Shown in pieces: positions 48,531-58,088 of a DNA stretch of 64,000 nt (its first letter is position 1; each line of letters opens with the position of its first letter). Origin of the DNA: a virus (Duplodnaviria; Caudoviricetes). The translations under genes were made by a program, and so were the position numbers. The stretch lies in IMG/VR virus record IMGVR_UViG_3300035498_000778, positions 32,001-96,000 of that record. One strand, given 5' to 3'. A model generated the notes under the pieces. That model saw only the letters and a list, made by a program, of their open reading frames with translations, ran no database searches and was not told the origin of the DNA.

Positions 48531-49988
48531 ATGAATAATATATTTATTAATAACATGATTTATGACCATGAGTTTAATTCTAAATTAGACCAGTATTTTA
48601 TTGAAATGGTAGAGTATAGACATGACGAAGACGCGTACCCTGTAATGTTTGAATCTGCAATGGACGGTGTTCGTAAATTGATAGATAATTTACTAGCCAA
48701 AGTTAAGAGCGTCATTGAAAAGGTGAAGGTATTTCTTTTTGGAGAAAAGGCAAAAAAGGATGAACAACAAACTGATGCTAAAGTTGAAAAGATGGAAGAA
48801 GTGATATCTGAACATCCTGAAATTGGACAGCAAGAGGTAACGACTATCGATTCAGATAAATATGTAAAAGAATGTAGAAAATTACGCAAGCAAAATAAAT
48901 TCACAGGAATAACAGATACACTTTTTAAAGCTTGTGCAGTGACTGGAACAGTGGCAAGTGTTATTATGATGTTTAAAAGTGGTAAAGTTAAAAAACAGCT
49001 TAAAAATGCAATGTCTGAGCTTGAACAGTCGAAGAATTCTATTACAAAGTTAAAAAGCGAACTAGATAAATCAGCTTCGGCTAATACAGCTTTATCCAGT
49101 GAGCTTAACAAACAAAAAACGACTAATAATGATCTTAAGACAAAGATTGCGGATCTCGAAAAACAAATAAGTGATAAGAATCAAGAAATAACACAACTAA
49201 AAAAAGACAATAAGAATAATCCTAGAATAACAGAGTTAGAGAATGAGGTTAAAGATTTGAAGACCCAAGTCAAAAATCTGACCGAAGAAAATAAGGGTAA
49301 CGTCACACGACTAGATACTGCAAAACACGAGAATACAGGTTTGAAGAATAACCTCAAAAAAAGTCAGGAAGAGGTCAATAATTTACATCAGGAAGTCTTA
49401 GACTTAAAAGGCAAGTTACAAACTGAAGAACAAAAGGTAGTCAGTCTAACAACAGAAATAGAGGGTCTCAAACGAATTGAGCAGCAACAAAAGACGATAG
49501 CGACCACTGGCTCTGCTAATAATATTAATGGTAAACAAGCTGCAAATAGTAGTGGTTCTACGAAGCCTGCACCAGCACCAAAGTCTAAAGATGAAAAAGA
49601 TACTGTAGAGAAAGATCATAAAGCATCACAAAATATGCGAGAATTAAAGGCTGCGCTTAATGCTCTTCGTAATAAGATAAAACTTAAAGATAACGTCCGC
49701 ATATCAGAATCGGTGAAATCGAGATATTTATGGTTTTTTAATGAAGAAAACTGCGGAAGAACAATGAAAAAGAGTCTCTCTGATGCCGAGTATATAGAAC
49801 TTGCAAATAGGATATCTTTAAAGACAAAAGCAAACAGTGAAGAAGAATGTAAAAACTTTGTAATAACAATGAAATATAACACTAAGGATGATATAAATGC
49901 TTTTATAAGTAGTAAACTTTGGGCTATCATTAGTAAATATAAAAATACTGTGGGAGCTGGAGGCAGTGGTTCTAAGCGTACGAAGTAA
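48531..49988 (+). CDS. Array member 1 (divergent): internal-head-like N-terminus plus coiled coil
   Basis: MNNIFINNM...MFE-SAMDGVRKLIDNLLAKVK is homologous to the next three genes; late promoter 48490-48501. Confidence 0.65.
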   Translation: MNNIFINNMIYDHEFNSKLDQYFIEMVEYRHDEDAYPVMFESAMDGVRKLIDNLLAKVKSVIEKVKVFLFGEKAKKDEQQTDAKVEKMEEVISEHPEIGQQEVTTIDSDKYVKECRKLRKQNKFTGITDTLFKACAVTGTVASVIMMFKSGKVKKQLKNAMSELEQSKNSITKLKSELDKSASANTALSSELNKQKTTNNDLKTKIADLEKQISDKNQEITQLKKDNKNNPRITELENEVKDLKTQVKNLTEENKGNVTRLDTAKHENTGLKNNLKKSQEEVNNLHQEVLDLKGKLQTEEQKVVSLTTEIEGLKRIEQQQKTIATTGSANNINGKQAANSSGSTKPAPAPKSKDEKDTVEKDHKASQNMRELKAALNALRNKIKLKDNVRISESVKSRYLWFFNEENCGRTMKKSLSDAEYIELANRISLKTKANSEEECKNFVITMKYNTKDDINAFISSKLWAIISKYKNTVGAGGSGSKRTK

Positions 49989-50084
49989 TAGTATATATTA
50001 GGTATATATGTGGTATATACCACATATATACATTTTTTACATTAATATAACCAATAATATATATAAGAAAGGATATGATGTATA
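49985..50084 (+). repeat. About 100-bp intergenic unit: 30-bp palindrome, TACA-N6-TA promoter and SD
   Basis: Palindrome 50002-50031; repeated at about 51264-51361 and 52970-53070. Confidence 0.9.
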
Positions 50085-51254
50085 ATGGATAATATTATAT
50101 TAGAGAATATGTATTTTGAACATAATATAAGCTCATTAACAGATAAATATATTATAGAATGTTATGAAGATAGTTATATGTGTGAGTCAGTATTAGATAG
50201 TATTAAAACATTCTTTAGTAATTTAAAAGAAAAGATAAAAGATATATTTAATAAGATAATAGCTAAAATAACAGGTAAAAGTAAAGAGAATACAAATAAA
50301 CTAAATGAAATAGAAGATAAGATTAAAGATAACCCTAAGTTAGGATTAGTTAAAGTACAAATAGCTGATCCTAATAAAGTAGAAGCAGAAATAGATAAAC
50401 AAAAGAAAGAATATTTAAATAATAAGAATAAAGAAAAAGGTAAGTTTAAAGTAGATAAGAAGAAAGTAGCTACCACAGCCACAGTTACTGTTACATTAGG
50501 TGCAGCTGTAGTATTATTAAAGAAAGGTATAATAAAACTACCTGATGAAGTTCAGAAGATTCAAAAAAATGTAACTAGTACTATAGATAAAAATAAAGAA
50601 CAACTTGACAGAGAATATAATATGTTAAGGAATAATTACAGGCTTTTTGGTTATGATCACCCAGAGCAGCATAGTGATAAAGAAATAGAAGATGCCCTTA
50701 AAAGAGAACAAAAAGTGTTTGGTACTAAGGGTGAACATAAGATGGAAGAAATAGAAGCTGAAGAAAAAAGGCTGAAGGAAATAGAAAGAGAGTCATCGGA
50801 AGTTGTACAAGCTGCACAAGAAGCCACAGTTATGAGATATGAACTTTTGCTTGAAGAATGTAATCGATTATTATCAGAAGCTCTAAACGCAACATATAAG
50901 GCTGAGCGCATTAAAAAAGATGATTTGGAAGGGTTGTATGATACTGACAGTGTAGAAAAATTTGATAAGATTGCATCAGCTGCTCGTGATAAAATTGAAC
51001 AAAATAAGAGTAAAATTGATTCAATAGAGGATAATTCATATAGCATGAGAGAGGACCGACGACGAAATATGGCTGAGATTCGTAGGAAAGCAGTGGACGA
51101 TAGAGCAAAAATCATAGATGCTTATAATAGAGATCTTGATGAACTAGAGAAAAAATACCCTTCTCCAGATGGAAAGTCCGCTCCTAGACTTTCAAATATG
51201 AGACCTAGCAAGATTAAACTCAGTATGCCAGAAGATATCCCGAACAACGGGTAG
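50085..51254 (+). CDS. Array member 2: constant N-terminus plus unique C-terminus
   Basis: First about 150 aa nearly identical to 51362 and 53071. Confidence 0.8.
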   Translation: MDNIILENMYFEHNISSLTDKYIIECYEDSYMCESVLDSIKTFFSNLKEKIKDIFNKIIAKITGKSKENTNKLNEIEDKIKDNPKLGLVKVQIADPNKVEAEIDKQKKEYLNNKNKEKGKFKVDKKKVATTATVTVTLGAAVVLLKKGIIKLPDEVQKIQKNVTSTIDKNKEQLDREYNMLRNNYRLFGYDHPEQHSDKEIEDALKREQKVFGTKGEHKMEEIEAEEKRLKEIERESSEVVQAAQEATVMRYELLLEECNRLLSEALNATYKAERIKKDDLEGLYDTDSVEKFDKIASAARDKIEQNKSKIDSIEDNSYSMREDRRRNMAEIRRKAVDDRAKIIDAYNRDLDELEKKYPSPDGKSAPRLSNMRPSKIKLSMPEDIPNNG

Positions 51255-51263
51255 AGAGAAGTA

Positions 51264-51361
51264 ATAATAGTATATATTAGGTATATATGTGGTATATACC
51301 ACATATATACATTTTTTACATTATTATAACCAATAATATATATAAGAAAGGATATGATAAT
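51264..51361 (+). repeat. About 100-bp intergenic unit, copy 2
   Basis: Palindrome 51281-51310. Confidence 0.9.
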
Positions 51362-52780
51362 ATGGATAATATTATATTAGAGAATATGTACTTTGAACAT
51401 AATATATCTTCATTAACAGATAAATATATTATAGAATGTTATGAAGAATCATACATGTGTGAAAGTGTATTAGATAGTATTAAAACATTCTTTAGTAATC
51501 TTAAACAGAAGATAAAAGATATATTTAATAAGATAATAAGTAAAATAACAGGTAAGAATAAAGATACTAATAATAAACTAAATGAAATAGAAGATAAGAT
51601 TAAAGATAATCCTAAATTAGGATTAGTTAAAGTACAGATAGCTGATCCTAATAAAGTAGAGAATGAGATAGATAAACAAAAGAAAGAATATTTAAATAAT
51701 AAGAATAAAGAAAAAGGTAAGTTTAAAGTAGATAAGAAGAAAGTAGCTACCGCAGCCACAGTTACTGTTACGTTAGGTGCAGCTGTAGTATTATTAAAGA
51801 AAGGTATAATTAAACTACCTAGTAAAGTTGAAAAGAGTAAAAAAGAAGTAAGTAATACAGTTGATAAATGTGAACAAAATGCTACTAAAACTGTAGAGAA
51901 TAATAGTGATAATAAAGAAGAAGTTAAAGAACAACAACAAGAAGCGGCAGAAGTTACACAAGCTAATGAAGAAGCTGCAGCTGCCGAGTATGAAAGTATA
52001 TTAAATACAATAGCTGAATTAGAACAGATAAGATATGATCATCATTTTGAAACCATGATGGCACAAACCGGTAACAAAAAAGAGGACGAAGATCTCATGG
52101 AGAAAGACAGAGAATTTGCAGACAAAATCGAAGGTAAACAACTTGATCTGAAGATGAGTGCTAGTTATCATGGTCCTAAGAGGAAAGAGCTTAGAAAGAA
52201 ACACAATGAACGCATGAAAAACATACATGATGACTACAGTAAAAAAACAATAGATACATTCTTTACTCCACCATCTGAGCCAAGGAAAGTAATATCAAAA
52301 GAAGAAGCAGATGAAATAAGAAGCGAAAAACAGAGGGATGATCAGGAAAAAAGGGAAAAAGCTAGGCTACGAGATGAAGAAAACGCAGTAACAGATAGGG
52401 TGTTGAAACGATATGAGGGCATTACTTCAAAGAAACTATTTAACACGTTTAAGGGATATGCTAAAAAGGAAATTCAAATAAATCAAGAATGTCTGGCAAA
52501 CATACGTAGGGATGTTGAGAAATTCTATAAGAAGTACGGCCATATATCCAAAGATAGGTGTGATAAAATTGAGAAGCAATATATGAGCATACGTTTAGAT
52601 AAGTTACGAGTACTTTATAAGGATTATCCTCCATTTAAAGATATATTTAAAGAACGCGGAGATGATGAGTATTTAGAGTTATATGATGGTCTCAAAGATA
52701 AAGTGGCAACAAGCTGGACTGATTCATCTGTTCCACTACATAGGTTTATGGATGATATAGTTAAAAACTCAGAGAAATAG
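51362..52780 (+). CDS. Array member 3: constant N-terminus plus unique C-terminus
   Basis: True start is ATG 51362 after the repeated SD. Confidence 0.8.
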   Translation: MDNIILENMYFEHNISSLTDKYIIECYEESYMCESVLDSIKTFFSNLKQKIKDIFNKIISKITGKNKDTNNKLNEIEDKIKDNPKLGLVKVQIADPNKVENEIDKQKKEYLNNKNKEKGKFKVDKKKVATAATVTVTLGAAVVLLKKGIIKLPSKVEKSKKEVSNTVDKCEQNATKTVENNSDNKEEVKEQQQEAAEVTQANEEAAAAEYESILNTIAELEQIRYDHHFETMMAQTGNKKEDEDLMEKDREFADKIEGKQLDLKMSASYHGPKRKELRKKHNERMKNIHDDYSKKTIDTFFTPPSEPRKVISKEEADEIRSEKQRDDQEKREKARLRDEENAVTDRVLKRYEGITSKKLFNTFKGYAKKEIQINQECLANIRRDVEKFYKKYGHISKDRCDKIEKQYMSIRLDKLRVLYKDYPPFKDIFKERGDDEYLELYDGLKDKVATSWTDSSVPLHRFMDDIVKNSEK

Positions 52781-52783
52781 TTA

Positions 52784-52981
52784 ATGTATACCAAAAAAAG
52801 CGTTACTTCAGCTGTAGCTGTAGTATTACTAAAGAAAGGTATAATTAAACTACCTAGTAAAGTTGAAAAGAGTAAAAAAGAAGTAAGTAATACAGTTGAT
52901 AAATGTGAACAAAATGCTACTAAAACTGTAGAGAATAATAAAAATAAAGATACTAAAGAAGAAGTCCAAGTAATAATATAA
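52784..52981 (+). pseudogene. Orphan copy of the constant/variable hinge region
   Basis: About 52815-52940 duplicates about 51780-51905; no SD and no C-terminal domain. Confidence 0.75.
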
Positions 52982-53070
52982 TGTGGTATATATGTGGTAT
53001 ATACCACATATATACATTTTTTACATTAATATAACCAATATAACCAATATATAAGAAAGGATATGATAAT
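52970..53070 (+). repeat. About 100-bp intergenic unit, copy 3
   Basis: Palindrome 52986-53015. Confidence 0.9.
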
Positions 53071-54378
53071 ATGGATAATATTATATTAGAGAATATGTAT
53101 TTTGAACATAATATATCTTCATTAACAGATAAATATATTATAGAATGTTATGAAGAATCATACATGTGTGAGTCAGTATTAGATAGTATTAAAACATTCT
53201 TTAGTAATTTAAAAGAAAAGATAAAAGATATATTTAATAAGATAATAAGTAAAATAACAGGTAAAAGTAAAGAGAATACAAATAAACTAAATGAAATAGA
53301 AGATAAGATTAAAGATAATCCTAAATTAGGATTAGTTAAAGTACAAATAGCTGATCCTCAAAAGGTTGAAGCAGAGATAGATAAACAAAAGAAAGAATAT
53401 CTTAATAATAAGAATAAAGAAAAAGGTAAGTTTAAAGTAGATAAGAAGAAAGTTATAACAGTAGCTACAGTAACAGTATCATTGGCTGCAGCTGTAGTAT
53501 TACTAAAGAAAGGTATAATTAAACTACCTAGTAAAGCTAAACAAGCAGAACAGAATGTAACTAAAACTGTTGATAAATGTGAACAAAATGCTACTAAAGC
53601 TGTAGAGAATGATAGTACTGATAAAACCACTGATGCTAAAGAAGAAGTTAAAGAACAGCAACAAAAAGCAGCAGAAACTGTACAGGCGGACCAAGAAGCT
53701 ATTACTAAATATCGTAATGCACTAGACGTAATGTGGCTGAATATCAATAGATGTATAGGATATGAGAAATCACTGAACGATCCAGATATTAGTGAAAAGG
53801 AGAAGAAACATATTAAGGAAGAGCAATGGGTCAATTATAAATTGTTTAAAAAAGAAGAGACTGCGGCTCAAAATTTATATGATGAAAATAATCCTGTTAT
53901 GGTAGACTTAAAGAATAAACATCAGCTCTCTGATAAAACAAAATCCCTTATGGATGAAATTAAAAATAGGCACGATAAGGAGTGGGCTGAAGCTACGTAT
54001 GCGTCAGAAACCGACATAGATAAACTTAAAACCATATTGGACGACATAGTTAAATTGTGCCCAAGAAGTGAAGAACTTTTCTATGCGAAGAGAGTACCGG
54101 ATATTAGTGAATCTGATGAGAAACGCCTTCAAAACGAAGAAGATCAGATAAATAAGAAAATCGCTGAATTAGTATCTAGTGCTAAAGAAATATTTAAAAG
54201 AGATAATAAAGAGATGGGACGACTTTGTTCAGACTATAATAGAAGCATAAAGGATATTAAAACAGAAATTGATAGCAAGTATAAACAAAAATATGGTTCA
54301 ACATTAAAACCTGCTCCTTCCAACTTTGCTGCTAAAATGCATAGGGCATACCGATATTCATTAAAGGATCCAGAATAA
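53071..54378 (+). CDS. Array member 4: constant N-terminus plus unique C-terminus
   Basis: N-terminal region nearly identical to 50085 and 51362; unrelated C-terminus. Confidence 0.8.
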   Translation: MDNIILENMYFEHNISSLTDKYIIECYEESYMCESVLDSIKTFFSNLKEKIKDIFNKIISKITGKSKENTNKLNEIEDKIKDNPKLGLVKVQIADPQKVEAEIDKQKKEYLNNKNKEKGKFKVDKKKVITVATVTVSLAAAVVLLKKGIIKLPSKAKQAEQNVTKTVDKCEQNATKAVENDSTDKTTDAKEEVKEQQQKAAETVQADQEAITKYRNALDVMWLNINRCIGYEKSLNDPDISEKEKKHIKEEQWVNYKLFKKEETAAQNLYDENNPVMVDLKNKHQLSDKTKSLMDEIKNRHDKEWAEATYASETDIDKLKTILDDIVKLCPRSEELFYAKRVPDISESDEKRLQNEEDQINKKIAELVSSAKEIFKRDNKEMGRLCSDYNRSIKDIKTEIDSKYKQKYGSTLKPAPSNFAAKMHRAYRYSLKDPE

Positions 54379-54401
54379 CTTTTTATTATATTAATAACAT
54401 T

Positions 54402-54435
54402 TATATTAAGTAAACCATATGGTTTACTTAATATA
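54402..54435. terminator. Perfect 34-bp palindrome terminator
   Basis: TATATTAAGTAAACCAT|ATGGTTTACTTAATATA. Confidence 0.7.
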
Positions 54436-54441
54436 TTTTTA

Positions 54442-54454
54442 ATTATATATTATA
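54442..54454 (+). promoter_or_regulatory. Early promoter of the nvRNAP beta' gene
   Basis: ATTATATATTATA. Confidence 0.7.
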
Positions 54455-54503
54455 GACATGGAAGTATATAAACATATAGACCATAATATGGAGGTAATAT
54501 AAT

Positions 54504-55790
54504 ATGGCTAAGAAGAAGAAAACGTACATCGAACGATTAAACTGGGACGCAGAGTATATCAGAGATGTAATGTCAGGTGAAGGATTTAAAATAACAGAAC
54601 CAGCATCTGTTACTGTGGATAGTGGAAAGGAAAAGACCTTGTATGGTTTATACTCACCACTCTATGGTACAGACTACTCAGATGAACAGTCTTTCGTTGA
54701 AAGATACCATTGTGATTGTGGCTACTTTACAGGTAAAGCTTTCGAGGGCGAAGTGTGTCCTAAGTGCAATACTAAGGTTACTTATAAGGATATAAATATT
54801 AAGTTTACTGGATGGATATCATTTGGTAGACATAAATTATTAAATCCTTATTGGTACAATGTACTTGACAAAGCACTGGGAACTGAATCTCTTAAAGGAC
54901 CTGATGGTAAGTCCGTTGGTGGTAGAGTTAACATACTAAAGACTATTATTAACTCAAAACAGATGGTAGATATTAATGGTCAGACTGCTAGGTATGACGC
55001 TGATGCGATGAATGAGAAAGTATCACATCCATATGTAGGTATAGGTATGACGGAGTTGTATAATAGGTTTGATGAAGTACTACGCTATTTCTATGACAAG
55101 AAACAAAACTCCAGACCTAAGATTAAGATGATAAAGGATGAAATACAAAAAGTATGGTGTACTAAGATTCCTATTTATAGTACATTCATGCGTCCAATGT
55201 CATCTACATCAGAGAACCTATACTACACACAAATGGACAAACAACTATCTCCTCTATTCACAATATCATTAAAGATACAAGATGCAGAGGATATAGAAGT
55301 TGACAACATGTTAACGCGTGCTCAAGAACGTCTTAATCAATACTGGGATATCAACTTCAGTTTGATTAATGGTAAGGAAGGTTGGATTAGACAACAGATT
55401 GTAGGCGGTAGTTTAAATAACACCTCACGTAATGTTATTATACCTGACCCTACCTTACGTGAAAATGAACTTGCGTTATCATATCACACATTCATCGAAT
55501 TATTTAAGTTCCAGATTATTGCATCACTACGTGATTACGGTGGTATGAGTTTAGCTGATGCTGACAAGCGCTGGAATGAAGCATACTACAAATTCGACCC
55601 ATTAGTATACGAAACTATGAATCAGATTATCAAGGAGAAGGAACCTTGTGTAATCATTAACAGAAACCCCACGTTAAACTATTACAGTATTTTACTGATG
55701 AAAATCAAACGCGTAAAACCCGACTTTAGTGATTATACGCTTTCGGTTCCCATAAGCATACTCGTGGGGCTTAACGCTGATTTTGATGGT
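54504..55790 (+). CDS. rpoC: Non-virion RNA polymerase beta' N-terminal subunit, exon 1
   Basis: Zn ribbon C.CG...CPKC, SRNVIIPDP, INRNPTL; ends NADFDG. Confidence 0.88.
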
Positions 55791-57569
55791 CCAAATGCTT
55801 AATTCATGATGCATGTATTGATTGAAATGTAAAATGGACGAACAATACAGTAAAAAGATAGGAATTAAGCGAGCAAGTTTTTGCCATCACTAAACCCTTT
55901 AAATTGCTGGAAGGACTTTATAACATATTGCTACAACGTGATTAGAAATGATGACCGTGAATGCTCTAAAAAGTATATGTTTTAGTCAATCAGCAGCCCG
56001 AATATTGAGATCTCAATTTATAATGATAACTTGCCACTCTAAATTTTATCTTTTAAAATATTCTAAGGAGGATTTAAAAATGAAAGAAATATTTAAAGAT
56101 GTGGTAGGTTATGAAGGAAAATATAAAGTATCCAATATGGGTTATGTTATATCTTCAAATGGAAAAATTGTTAAACCGTTTGCTGATAGAAAAGGATACT
56201 TAAGATGTTCTTTACACAACCCAAATACTATAAAAACCATTCATCGAATAGTTGCTACAGCATTTATACCTAATCCAGATAATAAGCCTGAAATTAATCA
56301 CAAAGATTGTAATACTGCTAATAATCGTGCAGATAATCTTGAATGGATGACTAGTAAAGAAAATAGCAATTACCGTGACAGTTTAGGTCACAACAATCGT
56401 GTAAATGCTATTGAAGCGCATAGTTGTCCATGTGCTATTTATGACTTAGAAGGTAATTTGTTGTATTTATTTAAAAGTCATAAAGAGGCTGCAGTCTTAC
56501 TAGATTTTGATGCCACTTACATTGGTCAAGCGTGCAAAGGTGTCAAAGCTACTTACAAGAACTTTATCTGGAGAGATGTTGATTATTGTAAACCGTCTGA
56601 AGTATCAGATTATATTCAAAAAATGCATCTTGAAGATGGGTTGGATAAGGTAATGCAGAATCGACCATCTAAAGAACAGGAATGTGTTCAATTATCAATG
56701 GATGATGTGGAACTAGCAAGATATAGCTCGTGTTCAGAAGCCGCAAGAGAATGTAAGTTAAGTGGTACATCTATAGCAAGAGTATGTAGAGGAGAACGTA
56801 ATTCATATGCTGGTTTTAAATGGAAATACTCAGGTAATAGTAATAATGTGAAAAGTGTCAAATATGACATTACTAAGTATGTAGCTCGTTTGGACTCTTC
56901 ATATAATATAGACAAAGTATACACCACTTGCAAAGAAGCTGCTGAAAAAAATAATATAAATCAATCATCTTTAAGCTCTGCGTGTAGAGGAGAATACTCA
57001 ATGTGCGGAGGATATAGATGGAGATACGTTACTGCTGACGAACTATTGAACACTGGTTTACAGATACCTAATGATAATAGGGCATCATCAAAACCATGTG
57101 CACAATACGATCCAGATACGAACGAACTGATTGATGTATATGTATCTTGTGTAGACGCAGGCAAAAGTGTTGGAGCAACTGGATGTAACATCTCAATGGC
57201 ATGTAATGGTCAAATAAGCAAATCGCATGGATACAGATGGGAATATATAGATATGGATACCTATTATAAATTGAAGAAACAAGATTAAGGTTCATCGACT
57301 ATCGAAACCAAAATACCAGTAGGAGAATATTTGGTATCTCCGAAAATGACTGTGAAGTCATTTGGTAAAATACGGAGCGTTGTGAAACGCACTTAAGGAA
57401 TTAGAGTACAGCCAAGCGGTGTGGTTGTGTGTAATAAGCACGTAATGCCACTTAAATGGAAATGTTGGGCACTATCCAAATAGTGAAGATATAGTCACAC
57501 CTTCTAGTGGAAGCTAGAGAAGTTCATAAGAGAACTGCGTGAGCGTAGCGAACTTGCGTGAAGATAGTG
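55791..57569 (+). mobile_element. Group I self-splicing intron (1779 nt) carrying a homing endonuclease
   Basis: 5' exon ends in U and pairs with IGS GCCATCA (55883-55889) through U.G; P AAATTGCTGGAA, Q AATCAGCAGC, R GTTCATCGACTA, S AAGATATAGTC; terminal G; splicing restores NADFDG-DILN. Confidence 0.9.
56080..57288 (+). CDS. Intron-encoded NUMOD4-HNH homing endonuclease with four NUMOD1-like repeats
   Basis: EIFKDVVGYEGKYKVSNMG; HRIVA.AFIPN...INHKD....NN...NLEW; four repeats ending (F/Y).W. Confidence 0.9.
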   Translation: MKEIFKDVVGYEGKYKVSNMGYVISSNGKIVKPFADRKGYLRCSLHNPNTIKTIHRIVATAFIPNPDNKPEINHKDCNTANNRADNLEWMTSKENSNYRDSLGHNNRVNAIEAHSCPCAIYDLEGNLLYLFKSHKEAAVLLDFDATYIGQACKGVKATYKNFIWRDVDYCKPSEVSDYIQKMHLEDGLDKVMQNRPSKEQECVQLSMDDVELARYSSCSEAARECKLSGTSIARVCRGERNSYAGFKWKYSGNSNNVKSVKYDITKYVARLDSSYNIDKVYTTCKEAAEKNNINQSSLSSACRGEYSMCGGYRWRYVTADELLNTGLQIPNDNRASSKPCAQYDPDTNELIDVYVSCVDAGKSVGATGCNISMACNGQISKSHGYRWEYIDMDTYYKLKKQD

Positions 57570-57740
57570 GATATTTTAAACATGATTGCACTAGTGGACG
57601 ACTATGACAAACATTTATTCAGACGTTATGACCCACATACACGTATGATGATTAGTCGTGATACTGGTTTGCTAAATAAGGACTACGCAATAGCTAAGTC
57701 ACAAATGATAGACCTATATTATTTCTGCACAATGGAATAA
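57570..57740 (+). CDS. rpoC: nvRNAP beta' N-terminal subunit, exon 2
   Basis: Begins GAT (Asp), completing DFDGD; spliced product is 485 aa. Confidence 0.85.
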   Translation, partial: DILNMIALVDDYDKHLFRRYDPHTRMMISRDTGLLNKDYAIAKSQMIDLYYFCTME

Positions 57741-57836
57741 CAAAAAGTATAGTTAAACAATATAGTAAAAATTTATGAGAAGAAGTTTTATAGACTTCTT
57801 CTCATATGTGAAATAAAATTAATGGAGGAATTTGTT

Positions 57837-58034
57837 ATGAAAGGATTAAGAGTTCTTGTAAATGTAAACAGTAATATTCTGTTCACCGAGGATGAATATG
57901 ACAACTGGAGTTATGATGGTACCTGCCTTATGATTGAAAAGGATGGCGGTTTGGTCGCACTTTACACCGTCAATAACATAATTGGCGCACTTAAGTGGGA
58001 CGATGATGATACCAATAACAATAATGAATCATAA
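57837..58034 (+). CDS. Small hypothetical protein
   Basis: GGAGG SD before ATG 57837; terminator about 58044-58078. Confidence 0.6.
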   Translation: MKGLRVLVNVNSNILFTEDEYDNWSYDGTCLMIEKDGGLVALYTVNNIIGALKWDDDDTNNNNES

Positions 58035-58088
58035 TACATATATAAATGAAGACTGACAATGTCAGTCTTCATTTTTTTATTTTTATAA

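Noticed and set aside
49985-53070. About 100-bp repeats as a CRISPR array
   Set aside because: The units are separated by 1.2-1.6 kb genes and contain a promoter and SD; no cas genes are present
50085-54378. Diversity-generating retroelement
   Set aside because: No reverse transcriptase in the window; whole domains are replaced rather than varied at adenines
55948-56079. N-terminal extension of the HNH ORF
   Set aside because: Overlaps the intron core (Q element); a strong SD points to ATG 56080
57558-57740. Independent 60-aa gene
   Set aside because: It is exon 2 of the beta' subunit; the first four codons are intron sequence
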